A stretch of DNA of 64,000 nucleotides from Takakia lepidozioides. Its lineage: Eukaryota; Plantae; Bryophyta. Numbering within the stretch: position 1 is the stretch's first letter; each line of letters begins with the position of its first letter. The DNA lies in the NCBI GenBank assembly GCA_030704615.1, contig CM060733.1:18290001-18354000 (forward strand), written 5' to 3'. The position numbers and the translations under genes are program-made. Below the pieces are notes generated by a model. It saw nothing but the letters and a program-made list of their open reading frames with translations. It was not told the DNA's origin and ran no database searches. This document shows positions 1 to 12,660 of this stretch, in pieces.

Positions 1-157
1 ATCACCATTCCAAACACAATAGGACGCACAATATTTGGAACCCATTTCCTTTATAACAAATTTTTGTACAATACAAGTTTTTGCAATCGGATTCCTGAGC
101 TAGCTAAACCGGCTAAGCATGCATTTCCTCCCCCACGCTCCAAGGTTGATGTCCCCA

Positions 158-1554
158 TCAACGTTTCTTCCGCTTTTGAGGTCGCCCTTCGAACGCTGCA
201 ACTGCCTCGGATGCGTTTCTCATTTCTGAGGCACGCACCCAAGATGCCTCCACATGATGATAGCCCTTCCATTTGACGAGATACTCCGTTTCTCGGTTCT
301 TGAACCTCCTCGACTTAAGTATTGTCTCCACCTCGTACTCAGGTTCATTTTCATGATCCAACAACATAGGTGGCGGACGCAACACTTGATGCCGATTCGG
401 ACGTGCTTCATCTTTGAAGTAAGGCTTCAAAAGGGAGACATGGAATATTGGGTGCACTTTGCTGTTTGCCGGTAGCTCCAATTCATACACATCCTCATTC
501 ATAACCTTCCGAATGCGAAAGGGGCCCGCATACGGAGGTACGAACTTCGGACTCACTTCCGGAGGTAGTCGGAAATTCTTGATGTTCAACCAGACCTCTG
601 TGCCTGCCTCAAACTTCACTTCCCTCCGCTTCCGATTCGCCTGCCTTTCATACCGTTTCCTAGCTTTGGCAATGTTGTACTTTGCGAGCTTCAACAAACG
701 CTCGCATTCTTCCAGTACCACCGCTACTGCCGGTTCCTCAACGTCCTGGGCGGCCCAACTTGTTGGCACCAGAGGTGCTTTTCCATAGACCAATACGAAA
801 GGGGAAACTCCCATTGCGGAGTGTTCTGTGTTATTATAACAGAACTCTGCCGCGTCTAAGTGTTCCACCCAGTCTGTTTGGTCTGCCGACACGTAATTCC
901 GCAAGATCTGCTTCACTACGGAATTCACCCTTTCTGTTTGGCCGTCGGTGGTAGGTTGGAAGGCTGTGCTCATCTTCAGCCTCGTCCCCATCTTCTTCCA
1001 AAATGCTCTCCAGAATTTACTCGTAAACTTTGGATCGCGGTCCGAGACAATATCCTTCGGGATTCCATGATGCTTTAAGACGTGGGCGAAGTAAAGTCGT
1101 CATGTCTCCTGCGCCGTTGCCGTCTCCTTGGTGGGGATGAAATGGCCCATTTTACTGAACATGTCTACCACCACAATGATTGCATCGAATCCTTTTGACA
1201 GCGGCATAGCAGTCATGAAATCCATCGAGACGCTTTCCCAAGTCCCCTCTGGAATCGGCAAGGGTTGTAACAGCCCCGCTTGCTTTTTGTACTCGCTCCG
1301 GTTTTGTTGGCATGTGGTGCATGTCTTGACATACTCCTCTGCCTCCTCCCTCAGTTTGGGCCAGAAATACTCTTTCTTCAAGAGTGCCGCAGTGCGCTTG
1401 GCTCCGCCGTGGCCCGCAAGCGGGCTATCATGGCATTATCTCAAGAGGCTATCTCTGATCCCTCCCTTCGGCACGTAGAGACGTTTTTGCTTATACCGGA
1501 GCAGTCCATTTTGCAAGTGGAACTGCGATTTAACCCCCATTCTCAAGTCCTGCA
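158..1554 (-). pseudogene. Integrase core and C-terminal chromodomain of copy A (disrupted)
   Basis: ORFs 1100-1381 and 158-991: CTTCQ zinc finger, [24 protein letters not shown]...YLVKWKGY...ASW chromodomain; frameshift and stop present. Confidence 0.93.
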
Positions 1555-2277
1555 TGTCGCGGCCCTTTGCCTTGAGGGCAGGGGGTCGGGACACATGAGG
1601 GGCTGCCCCTGTGGTGGGGGCAGCGGCGGCGATAGGTATGGGGGGCTGAAGCACCCTTGAGTGCCCAAGGCACTCAAGGAGGCGGAGGCGCTCACTAGGT
1701 GGAGCCCCGCACACCGGGTTGCGGTGGAGGTGGCTCCACAAGGGGTGGTGGTAGCTTAGTGGGACTTAGTGGGGGTGGCATAGGACTCACCATGGGGTGG
1801 AGACCTCGAGGTGGGAGTCGTGGGGAGTCTTGGGACTCATCACGGTCCATTGGGGCCGCGGTGAGTGGGCCAAGACTCACCGCGACTCACCACCGGGAGT
1901 CGAGGGTTTTCGTGGTGGTTCGCCATAAAATGGCATGGCTGGTTATGAAACCCCCGCGGACAGCTACAGAAGTATATATAGGGAGTAGTAACCCCGAGAA
2001 CGGTGCAAGCCCGTTGGTGACCAAAAACTAGTGAGTAATCGTGCGAGCCGGAAAGCGACCAAAGAGTGGGGAGCTGTTCCGGACTGCCATCTACCAAAGG
2101 GAATTCTCCTAGTCCCAAATAGGTGGAGGGTTTAGAGGAAGCGAACGGGGACCGTTATGTCCCGGTGAGTAGCCGAAACTCCAAGTTGGCCCGGCGGCCA
2201 GGTTGGGAGTCAGGCGCGCGCATCAAAGCGGTTAACTATGACTTGAAGGGGAGTTTACCGAAGTGAGGTGCGCGACA
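1555..2277 (+). repeat. 5' LTR of copy B (723 bp)
   Basis: TGTCGC...GCGACA ends; matches 7799-8522 except for one T-run indel. Confidence 0.97.
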
Positions 2278-2279
2278 TT

Positions 2280-2291
2280 TGGTATCAGAGC
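2280..2291 (+). promoter_or_regulatory. Primer-binding site for initiator tRNA-Met
   Basis: TGGTATCAGAGC, 2 nt after the LTR end. Confidence 0.95.
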
Positions 2292-2332
2292 TTAGAGTTC
2301 AGTACGCGATCGTCCTTGGGATCGGCCTCATC

Positions 2333-5300
2333 ATGGGGTCGGGCAAGCCGAAGCGAAAGCGGAACGGCCCAAAAGATGATGATCCCGGTGAGCCCGATGG
2401 GGGCGACGTGTCACCGAGGCGGCCGTTTGAGGAAGCGATGAATGTTTCCGAAAACGAGGCCGCTCAAGAGCGGGAGGAATCCGAGGAGTCGGAGCCCGAG
2501 GAATCCTCGAGAGCTCCGACAAACCAAGAGATGCCTCCCATGCCAGCAGCCTTTTGGGAAGGGTTGTTGGCGCAGTTTGGCGGGGCGTTGAAAGACGTGT
2601 TGAAGGCGGCTAATGCCACTTCCACTAAGGCAAAGTTTAAGGTGAAGCCTAAGGAACCCGGCACCTTTGAGGGCGTTCGAAACCGGAAGGCACTCAACAC
2701 CTGGCTCCTGGAGCTAGAGCAGTACTTCCGGGCGGCCAAGTTGAGTGACGAGGATCGGGTGGAAGTGGCTCCCACCTATTTGAGGGGCTATGCTCAACAA
2801 TGGTGGCAGAAACGCCTTCACGACCGAGGCCCAAGCCCGGAAACCTTGAACTGGAGTGAGTTCAAGGAATTGATGAAGAGACAGTTTGTGCCCCTCAACG
2901 CATCCTGGCTTGCCCGGGACAAGATGAGGAATTTGAAGCAAACAGATGACATTCGGGGGTATGTCCAGGCTTTCAATGTGCTGTTGCTCGAAGTCGCGGA
3001 CATGGCAGAACCAGAAATGGTCTTCAACTTTGTGGCGGGACTGGCCCCATGGGCTAGGCGGAAGTTGGAGGAGAAGCCACCCAAGACTTTGAACGAGGCA
3101 ATTGAGAGAGCTGAATGTTTCTCGGATGTCCCTAGGGGTGAGAGACAAGGCCGTACGGAGCTGAACCACAAGAAGACCCGGCGGGAAGGTGACTCCTCCG
3201 ACCGGAAAAGAAGTGGGATAGGCCACGCGGCGAAAATGGCACGTGGAAATCGAAGGGAGGGCCTTCACACGTCAAGGCGGCACCCGGTGCTTCGAAAGGA
3301 AAAGCGGGTGGAGCGGCTTATGGCGGACAGAAGGCGACCTTTGATGGAGTGTGTTTCAATTGCGGGGAGCCCGGGCACATGGCCAAGAAGTGCACGAAGC
3401 CCCGGCAATTGAACATGACTCGGGCGACCACGGAGCTGTCGGAAGATACCATCAGTCGTTTGGTGGAAGCGGTAGTCGCCAGGACTTGCAAGGTAGGCAA
3501 CTATTCTTGTGAGTTGTATCAGGAAACTGGCGCCCTGCGTAAAAGGGAGTCAGTTATTGTTCGTGGATGGGATAATATCCGGAACTAACGTGTCGTTGTT
3601 GGTGGACACAGGAGCGTCGCACTCCTTCATGACGCCGGCGGCGGCGGCGAAAGTTGGGACTCCCGACAAGTGACGTGGGGGCCTCTATTGAGGTGCGCTC
3701 TGCCAAAGGAGAACCTCAGTTGGCGACAAGGTTGGCGTTTGATGTTCCTCTTCAACTGGGGAGTTGGGAGGGACGTGAGAACTTCACTATCTGCGAGATC
3801 GATGGAGTGGATCTCATTTTGGGGATGACCTTTTTGAGCAAATCCGGAGCGGTCATAGATGGCCGCAAGAGAGTAGTCACGCTGCCATGTGGGAATGGTG
3901 GTGAAGTTTTACGAGTGTCGGAAACGCCCAAATCCGTGGGAGGGCGAATAAACCTTCTGTCAGCAAAGGAGTGGGCCGTGGAGGAGGCACACGAGTCCCA
4001 GTTTTTGCTTTACATTAGAGAAGTGAAAGGAGAAGGCGATGGGGAGCCGAGCCCAGATTGGATCAAGGGATTTTGGAGAAATACCAGGATGTGATGCCGG
4101 AGGATTTACCAAGCGGCTTGCCACCGCGAAGAGGAGTTGACCACAAGATTGAGGTGATACCGGGATCGGAACCGCCTGCCAAGGCGCCCTACCGGTTGAG
4201 CCACAGAGAGTTGGTCGAGCTGAAGACTCAGCTCAAGGATCTAATGTCAAAGGGGTACATCCGGCCGAGTAAGTCACCTTACGGAGCCCCGGTGCTATTC
4301 GCAGACAAGAAGGATGGGACGCTGCGGATGTGTGTCGATTACAGGGCTTTGAATAAGGTGACTATCAAAAACCGGTACCCTTTGCCAAGGATCGACGACC
4401 TCTTCGATCGGTTGGCAGGAGCGAAGTATTTCAGCCGGATCGACTTGCGCTCCGGCTATCACCAAATTCGGGTGGCAAGGAGATGAGGAGAAGACCGCGT
4501 GCAGGACAAGGTATGGTTCATATGAGTTCTTGGTGATGCCTTTTGGGCTCACCAATGCACCAGCGACATTTAGCACGCTGATGAACAGCCTTTTCCAGGA
4601 GTGGTTGGATGACTTTGTGATCGTGTACATCGACGACATCTTGGTGTACTCGAAAACAAAGGAGGAGCACCTGGAGCACCTCAAAAGGGTGTTCCAAAAA
4701 TTGCGGGACGGGAAGCTGTATGCCAAAGCTTCAAAGTGCGAATTCGGGGTCACAAAAGTGGAGTTCCTGGGGCATGTGATTACACAGGATGGGATCAAAA
4801 TGGATGACAGAAAGGTGAGGGCGATCTTGGACTGGGAGCCTCCGACTTCGGTCCCGGGAGTGCGATCCTTCCTAGGACTCGCCTCCTATTACCGGAAGTA
4901 TGTGAGAAATTTCGCCAAGATCGCGGGGCCGCTGTCGGACCTTCTGTGTAAATCCAAAGTCTGGGTATGGAACACATTTTGTGGCCAAGCTTTTGCTGAA
5001 TTGAAGCAGCGGATGACGGAAGCTCCAGTCTTGAAAATCCCGGAGTTCGATCGTCCGTTTGAGATTCATACAGATGCATCGGACTTCGCGATTGGGGGTG
5101 TACTTATGCAAGATGGACGACCAGTGGCTTACGAAAGTAAGAAACTGAATGAAGTGGAGCGACGGTGGCCGACGCACGAAAAAGAGATGAAGGCGGTGGT
5201 GCATTGCCTTGAACTCTGGCGCCACTATGTTGGTTCCAACCCAGTGAAGGTGTTCACGGACAATGTCACGGTGAAGTATTTTGCCACGCAGCCCAAGTTG

Positions 5301-6892
5301 TCCCCAAAACAACTTAGGTGGCAAGATACTTTGGCAGTGTTCGACGTGGATATCCAGTACAAACCGGGACGGGACAATGTGGTGGCCGATGCTTTAAGTA
5401 GAAAGCAGCAGCTCTTGTTGGTGTACAAGGGCGAGACGGCGCTCCAAAGGAAGATCCGGAAGGCTTGCCGGAAGGATGAGCTGGCAAAGCGCGTGATGCA
5501 GGACTTGAGAATGGGGGTTAAATCGCAGTTCCACTTGCAAAAAGGACTGCTCCGGTATAAGCAAAAACGTCTCTATGTGCCAAAGGGAGGGATCAGAGAT
5601 AGCCTCTTGAGAGAATGCCATGATAGCCCGCTTGCGGGCCACGGCGGAGCCAAGCGCACTGCGGCACTCTTGAAGAAAGAGTATTTCTGGCCCAAACTGA
5701 GGGAGGAGGCAGAGGAGTATGTCAAGACATGCACCACATGCCAACAAAACCGGAGCGAGTACAAAAAGCAAGCGGGGCTGTTACAACCCTTGCCGATTCC
5801 AGAGGGGACTTGGGAAAGCGTCTCGATGGATTTCATGACTGCTATGCCGCTGTCAAAAGGATTCGATGCAATCATGGTGGTGGTAGATAGGTTCAGTAAA
5901 ATGGCCCATTTCATCCCCACCAAGGAGACGGCAACGGCGCAGGAGACAGGGCGACTTTACTTCGCCCACGTCTTAAAGCATCATGGAGTCCCGAAGGATA
6001 TTGTCTCGGACCGCGACCCAAAGTTTACGAGTAAATTTTGGAGAGCACTTTGGAAGAAGATGGGGACGAGGCTGAAGATGAGCACCGCCTTCCGACCTAC
6101 GACGGACGGCCAAACGGAAAGAGTGAATTCCGTAGTGAAGCAATTCTTGCGGAATTACGTGTCGGCAGACCAATCAGACTGGATGGAACACTTAGACGCG
6201 GCAGAGTTCTGTTATAATAACACAGAACACTCCGCGACGGGAGTTTCCCCTTTTGTGTTGGTCTATGGAAAAGCACCTCTGGTGCCGACAAGTTGGGCCG
6301 CCCAGGACGTTGAGGAACCGGCAGTAGCGGCGGTGCTGGAAGAACGCGAGCGTTTGTTGAAGCTCGCAAAGTACAACATTGCCAAAGCTAGGAAACGGTA
6401 TGAAAGGCAGGCGAATCGGAAGCGGAGGGAAGTGAAGTTTGAGGCAGGCACAGAGGTCTGGTTGAACATCAAGAATTTTCGACTACCTCCGGAAGTGAGT
6501 CCGAAGTTCGTACCTCCGTATGCGGGTCCCTTTCGCATTCGGAGGGTATGAATGAGGATGTGTATGAATTGGAGCTGCCGGCAAACAGCAAGGTGCACCC
6601 AGTATTCCATGTCTCCCTTTTGAAGCCTTACTTCAAAGATGAAGCACGTCCGAATCGGCAGCAAGTGTTGCGTCCGCCACCTATGCTGTTGGATCATGAA
6701 AATGAACCCGAGTACGAGGTGGAGGCAATACTTAAGTCGAGGAGGTTCAAGAACCGAGAAACGGAGTATCTCGTCAAATGGAAGGGCTATCATCTTGTGG
6801 AGGCATCTTGGGTGCGTGCCTCAGAAATGGGAAACGCATCCGAGGCAGTTGCAGCGTTCGAAGGGCGACCTCAAAAGCGGAAGAAACGTTGA
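2333..6892 (+). pseudogene. gag-pol of copy B (several frameshifts)
   Basis: Gag [14 protein letters not shown] knuckle, LVDTGA protease, [15 protein letters not shown] RNase H, integrase and chromodomain split over ORFs 2279-3412, 3349-3588, 3654-4094, 4058-4486, 4530-6551 and 6548-6892. Confidence 0.95.
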
Positions 6893-7798
6893 TGGGGACA
6901 TCAACCTTGGAGCGTGGGGGAGGAAATGCATACTTAGCCCGGTTTAGCTAGCTCAGGAATCCGATTGCAAAAACTTGTATTGTACAAAAATTTGTTATAA
7001 AGGAAATGGGTTCCAAATATTGTGCGTCCTATTGTGTTTGAAATGGTGATGCATGGTGTGGTTGACTAGTGTGTAGAATGCATGCTAGCTTACAAAAGTA
7101 GGAGAGGTAAATTGAGTTAATCGTGTGTTTGCGCAGTGCCGAAATCGGGTGACTCCCATCCAAGGGGCAAGGAAACTTGCGCCTTATTTGGGAGTTCAAG
7201 TGCTAGTGCGCACCTGGCGCGTGCGCGTACTATAACTGCGCTACCGAGGGGGTTGCCTTGTAGTGCGGGCTAACGCGGAAGCTACGTGCTTCCGTTCACG
7301 TACTATAATCGTGTAGCCTCGGGACGAAGTCGTAGTGCGGCTTCGGCGTGTTCCTGTACCTCAGGCCAGCATTCCAAGGCGGACCCAATTGTAGTGATTG
7401 GGGCGCACGGTTGGTTCAAGGTTATCTTCCTAGTCAAAGAGGGTTCCAGGTGAACCCTTGCTCAAGGTGATGCCAAAAGCGGCATCATGAGTGATCGCAA
7501 GCAATGTTGTTGCAGTAAGGCGATTCGATCCTCGGGGAGGATCGTTCCTTGGCCTTGAAGTAGGCCAAGAAGAGTGCACTGGGAGGAGCTGGAGAGGCTC
7601 CACCCTTGGCCGGGACTTGGAGGAAGTCGGCCGAACTAGCTAGTGGAGAGTGGAGTCAAGTGTGGGGTTTGGTTCTTTGCCATGGGACGCCATGGTACGG
7701 AAACAAACTCCTTGATGTGGGACGCCACAACTTGGATGTTCGTTTCTACAAAATGGACAAGTCGATGAGGACATCGACTCCCTGTTGGTAGGGGTGTG

Positions 7799-8522
7799 TG
7801 TCGCGGCCCTTTGCCTTGAGGGCAGGGGGTCGGGACACATGAGGGGCTGCCCCTGTGGTGGGGGCAGCGGCGGCGATAGGTATGGGGGGCTGAAGCACCC
7901 TTGAGTGCCCAAGGCACTCAAGGAGGCGGAGGCGCTCACTAGGTGGAGCCCCGCACACCGGGTTGCGGTGGAGGTGGCTCCACAAGGGGTGGTGGTAGCT
8001 TAGTGGGACTTAGTGGGGGTGGCATAGGACTCACCATGGGGTGGAGACCTCGAGGTGGGAGTCGTGGGGAGTCTTGGGACTCATCACGGTCCATTGGGGC
8101 CGCGGTGAGTGGGCCAAGACTCACCGCGACTCACCACCGGGAGTCGAGGGTTTTCGTGGTGGTTCGCCATAAAATGGCATGGCTGGTTATGAAACCCCCG
8201 CGGACAGCTACAGAAGTATATATAGGGAGTAGTAACCCCGAGAACGGTGCAAGCCCGTTGGTGACCAAAAACTAGTGAGTAATCGTGCGAGCCGGAAAGC
8301 GACCAAAGAGTGGGGAGCTGTTCCGGACTGCCATCTACCAAAGGGAATTCTCCTAGTCCCAAATAGGTGGAGGGTTTTAGAGGAAGCGAACGGGGACCGT
8401 TATGTCCCGGTGAGTAGCCGAAACTCCAAGTTGGCCCGGCGGCCAGGTTGGGAGTCAGGCGCGCGCATCAAAGCGGTTAACTATGACTTGAAGGGGAGTT
8501 TACCGAAGTGAGGTGCGCGACA
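7799..8522 (+). repeat. 3' LTR of copy B (724 bp)
   Basis: Direct repeat of 1555-2277, preceded by PPT-like GGTAGGGGTG. Confidence 0.97.
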
Positions 8523-11500
8523 CTGCATCACGGACTTTGCCAGCTCATCCTTCCGGCAAGCCTTCCGGATCTTCCTTTGGAGCGCCGTCTCGCCCTTGTA
8601 CACCAACAAGAGCTGATGCTTTCTACTTAAAGCATCGGCCACCACATTGTCCCGTCCCGGTTTGTACTGGATATCCACGTCGAACACTGCCAAAGTATCT
8701 TGCCACCTAAGTTGTTTTGGGGACAACTTGGGCTGCGTGGCAAAATACTTCACCGTGACATTGTCCGTGAACACCTTCACTGGGTTGGAACCAACATAGT
8801 GGCGCCAGAGCTCAAGGCAATGCACCACCGCCTTCATCTCTTTTTCGTGCGTCGGCCACCGTCGCTCCACTTCATTCAGTTTCTTACTTCCGTAAGCCAC
8901 TGGACGTCCATCTTGCATAAGTACACCCCCAATCGCGAAGTCCGATGCATCTGTATGAATCTCAAACGGACGATCGAACTCCGGGATTTTCAAGACTGGA
9001 GCTTCCGTCATCTGCTGCTTCAATTCAGCAAAAGCTTGGCCACAAAATGTGTTCCATACCCAGACTTTGGATTTACACAGAAGGTCCGACAGCGGCCCCG
9101 CGATCTTGGCGAAATTTCTCACATACTTCCGGTAATAGGAGGCGAGTCCTAGGAATGATCGCACTCCCGGGACCGAAGTCGGAGGCTCCCAGTCCAAGAT
9201 CGCCCTCACCTTTCTGTCATCCATTTTGATCCCATCCTGTGTAATCACATGCCCCAGGAACTCCACTTTTGTGACCCCGAATTCGCACTTTGAAGCTTTG
9301 GCATACAGCTTCCCTTCCCGCAATTTTTGGAACACCCTTTTGAGGTGCTCCAGGTGCTCCTCCTTTGTTTTCGAGTACACCAAGATGTCGTCGATGTACA
9401 CGATCACAAAGTCATCCAACCACTCCTGGAAAAGGCTGTTCATCAGCGTGCTAAATGTCGCTGGTGCATTGGTGAGCCCAAAAGGCATCACCAAGAACTC
9501 ATATGAACCATACCTTGTCCTGTACGCGGTCTTCTCCTCATCTCCTTCCGCCACCCGAATTTGGTGATAGCCGGAGCGCAAGTCGATCCGGCTGAAATAC
9601 TTCGCTCCTGCCAACCGATCGAAGAGGTCGTCGATCCTTGGCAAAGGGTACCGGTTTTTTATAGTCACCTTATTCAGAGCCCTGTAATCGACACACATCC
9701 GCAGCGTCCCATCCTTCTTGTCTGCAAATAGCACCGGGGCTCCGTAAGGTGACTTACTCGGCCGGATGTACCCCTTTGACATTAGATCCTTGAGCTGAGT
9801 CTTCAGCTCGACCAACTCTCTGTGGCTCAACCGGTAGGGCGCCTTGGCAGGCGGTTCCGATCCCGGTATCACCTCAATCTTGTGGTCAACTCCTCTTCGC
9901 GGTGGCAAGCCGCTTGGTAAATCCTCCGGCATCACATCCTGGTATTTCTCCAAAATCCCCTTGATCCAATCTGGGCTCGGCTCCCCATCGCCTTCTCCTT
10001 TCACTTCTCTAATGTAAAGCAAAAACTGGGGCTCGTGTGCCTCCTCCACGGCCCACTCCTTTGCTGACAGAAGGTTTATTTGCCCTCCCACGGATTTGGG
10101 CGTTTCTAACACTCGTAAAACCTCGCCACCATTCCCACATGGCAGCGTGACTACTCTCTTGCGGCCATCTATGACCGCTCCGGATTTGCTCAAAAAGGTC
10201 ATCCCCAAAATGAGATCCACTCCATCGATCTCGCAGATGGTGAAGTTCTCACGTCCCTCCCAACTCCCCAGTTGAAGAGGAACATCAATCGCCAACCTTG
10301 TCGCCAACTGTGGTTCTCCTTTGGCAGAACGCACCTCAATAGAGGCCCCCACGTCACTTGTCGGGAGTCCCAGCTTTTGTGCCGTTGCCGGTGTCATGAA
10401 GGAGTGCGACGCTCCTGTGTCCACCAACAACGACACATTAGTTCCGGATATTATCCCCTCCACGAACAATAACTGACTCCATTTTCGTAAAGCGCCAGTT
10501 TCCTGATACAACTCACAAGAAAATTTGCCTACCTTGCAAGTCCTGGCGACCACCGCTTCCACCAAGCGACTGATGGTATCTTCCGACAGCTCCGTGGTCG
10601 CCCGAGTCATGTTCAATTGCCGGGGCTTCGTGCACTTCTTGGCCATGTGCCCGGGCTCCCCGCAATTGAAACATACTCCATCAAAGGTCGCCTTCTGTCC
10701 GCCATAAGCCGCTCCACCCGCTTTTCCTTTCGAAGCACCGGGTGCCGCCTTGACGTGTGAAGGCCCTTCCTTCGATTTCCTCGTGCCATTTTCGCCGCGT
10801 GGCCTATCCCACTTCTTTTCCGGTCAGAAAGAGTCACCTTCCCGCCGAATCTTCTTGTGGTTCAGCTCCGTACGACCTTGTCTTTCACCCCTATGAACAT
10901 CTGAGAAACATTCAGCCCTCTCAATAGCCTCGTTCAAAGTCTTGGGTGGCTTCTCCTCCAACTTCCGCCTGGCCCATGGGGCCAGTCCCGCCACAAAGTT
11001 GAAGACCATTTCTGGTTCTGCCATGTCCGCGACTTCGAGCAACAGCACATTGAAAGCCTGGACATATCCCCGAATGTCATCTGTTTGCTTCAAATTCCTC
11101 ATCTTGTCCCGGGTGAACCAGGACGCGTTGAGGGGCACAAACTGTCTCTTCATCAAATCCTTGAACCCACTCCAGTTCAAGGTTTCCGGGCTTGGACCTC
11201 GGTCGTGAAGGCGTTTCTGCCACCATTGTTGAGCATAGCCCCTCAAATAGGTGGGAGCCACTTCCACCCGATCCTCGTCACTCAACTTGGCCGCCTGGAA
11301 GTACTGCTCTAGCTCCAAGAGCCAGGTGTTGAGTGCCTTCCGATTTCAGACGCCCTCGAAGGTGCCGGGTTCCTTAGGCTTCACCTTAAACTTTGCCTTA
11401 GCGGAAGTGGCATTAGCCGCCTTCAACACGTCTTTCAACGTCCCGCCAAACTGCGCCAACAACCTTTCCCAAAAGGCTGCCGGCATGGGAGGCATCTCTT

Positions 11501-11693
11501 GGTTTGTCGGGGCTCTCAAGGATTCCTCGGGCTCCGACTCCTCGGATTCCTCCCGCTCTTGGGCGGCCTCGTTTTCGGAAACATGCATCGCTTCCTCAAA
11601 CGGCCGCCTCGGTGACACGCCGCCCTCATCGGGCTCACCGGGATCATCATCTTTTGGGCCGTTCCGCTTTCGCTTCGGCTTGCCCAACCCCAT
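8523..11693 (-). pseudogene. gag, protease, RT and RNase H of copy A
   Basis: ORFs 11346-11747, 10824-11318 and 8481-10646 with DTGA, YIDD and TDASD motifs. Confidence 0.95.
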
Positions 11694-11748
11694 GATGAGG
11701 CCAATCCCAAGGACGATCGCGTACTGAACTCTAAGCTCTGATACCAAG

Positions 11749-12475
11749 TGTCGCGCACCTTACTTCGGTAAGCTCCCCCCTCAAGTCATAGATACTCGCT
11801 TTGATACGCGCGCCTGACTCCCAACCGGCCGCCGGGCCAACTTGGAGCTTCGGCTGCTCACCGGGACATAACAGTCCCCCTTCGCTCTCCCGAAAGACCC
11901 TCCACCTATTTGGGCCTAGTGGAATTCCCTTTTGTAGATGGCAGTCCGGAACAGCTCCCTACTCTTTGGTCGCTTTCCGGCTCGCTCGCTTACTCACTAG
12001 TTTTTGGTCACCAACGGGCTTGCACCGTTCTCGGGGTTACTACTCTCTATATATACTTCTGTAGCTGTCCGCGGGGGTTTCACAACCAGCCATGCCATTT
12101 TATGGCGAACCACCACGAAGACCCTCGATTCCCGGTGGTGAGTCGCGGTGAGTCTTGGCCCGCTCACCACGGCCCCTATAGACCGTGATGAGTCCCAAGA
12201 GTCCCCACGACTCCCACCACGAGGTCCCCGCCCCCATGGTGAGTCCTATGCCACCCCCACTAAGTCCCACTAAGCTACCACCACCCCTTGTGGAGCCACC
12301 CCCACCGCAACCCGGTGTGCGGGGCTCCACCTAGTGAGCGCCTCCGCTTCCCTGAGTGCCTCGGGCACTCAAGGGTGCTTCAGCCCCCCATACCTATCGT
12401 TGCCGCTGCCCCCACCACAGGGGCAGCCCCTCATGTGTCCCGACCCTCCTGCCCTCAAGGCAAAGGGCCGCGACA
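11749..12475 (-). repeat. LTR of copy A, bordered by PBS on one side and PPT plus 3' UTR on the other
   Basis: Reverse complement of the family LTR; 12476-12660 is the reverse complement of the family PPT/3' UTR (about 7614-7798). Confidence 0.93.
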
Positions 12476-12660
12476 CACACCCCTACCAACAGGGAGTCGA
12501 TGTCCTCATCGACTTGTCCATTTTGTAGAAACGAACATCCAAGTTGTGGCGTCCCACATCAAGGAGTTTGTTTCTGTACCATGGCGTCCCATGGCAAAGA
12601 ACCAAACCCCACACTTGACTCTACTCTCCACTAGCTAGTTCGGCCGACTTCCTCCAAGTC

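Larger units (their letters stand above)
1555..8522 (+). mobile_element. Full-length Ty3/Gypsy chromovirus copy B (Galadriel-like) with 5-bp TSD CTGCA
   Basis: TG...CA LTRs at 1555-2277 and 7799-8522; PBS TGGTATCAGAGC at 2280-2291; purine-rich tract before 7799; CTGCA at 1550-1554 and 8523-8527; gag-PR-RT-RH-INT-chromodomain order. Confidence 0.97.
1..12475 (-). mobile_element. Ty3/Gypsy chromovirus copy A (Galadriel-like), interrupted by copy B at 1555-8522; 3' end outside window
   Basis: Minus-strand gag (10824-11747), PR/RT/RNase H (8523-10646), integrase plus chromodomain (158-1554). PBS complement GCTCTGATACCA at 11735-11746, LTR at 11749-12475. The pol sequence is continuous across the insertion once copy B is removed. 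Confidence 0.95.

Noticed and set aside
1436-2118. Pro/Gly-rich ORFs in chromovirus LTRs (also at 7.6-8.5, 11.8-12.6, 50.1-50.8 and 56.1-57.0 kb)
   Set aside because: By-products of GC-rich LTR sequence; frames are not preserved between copies.
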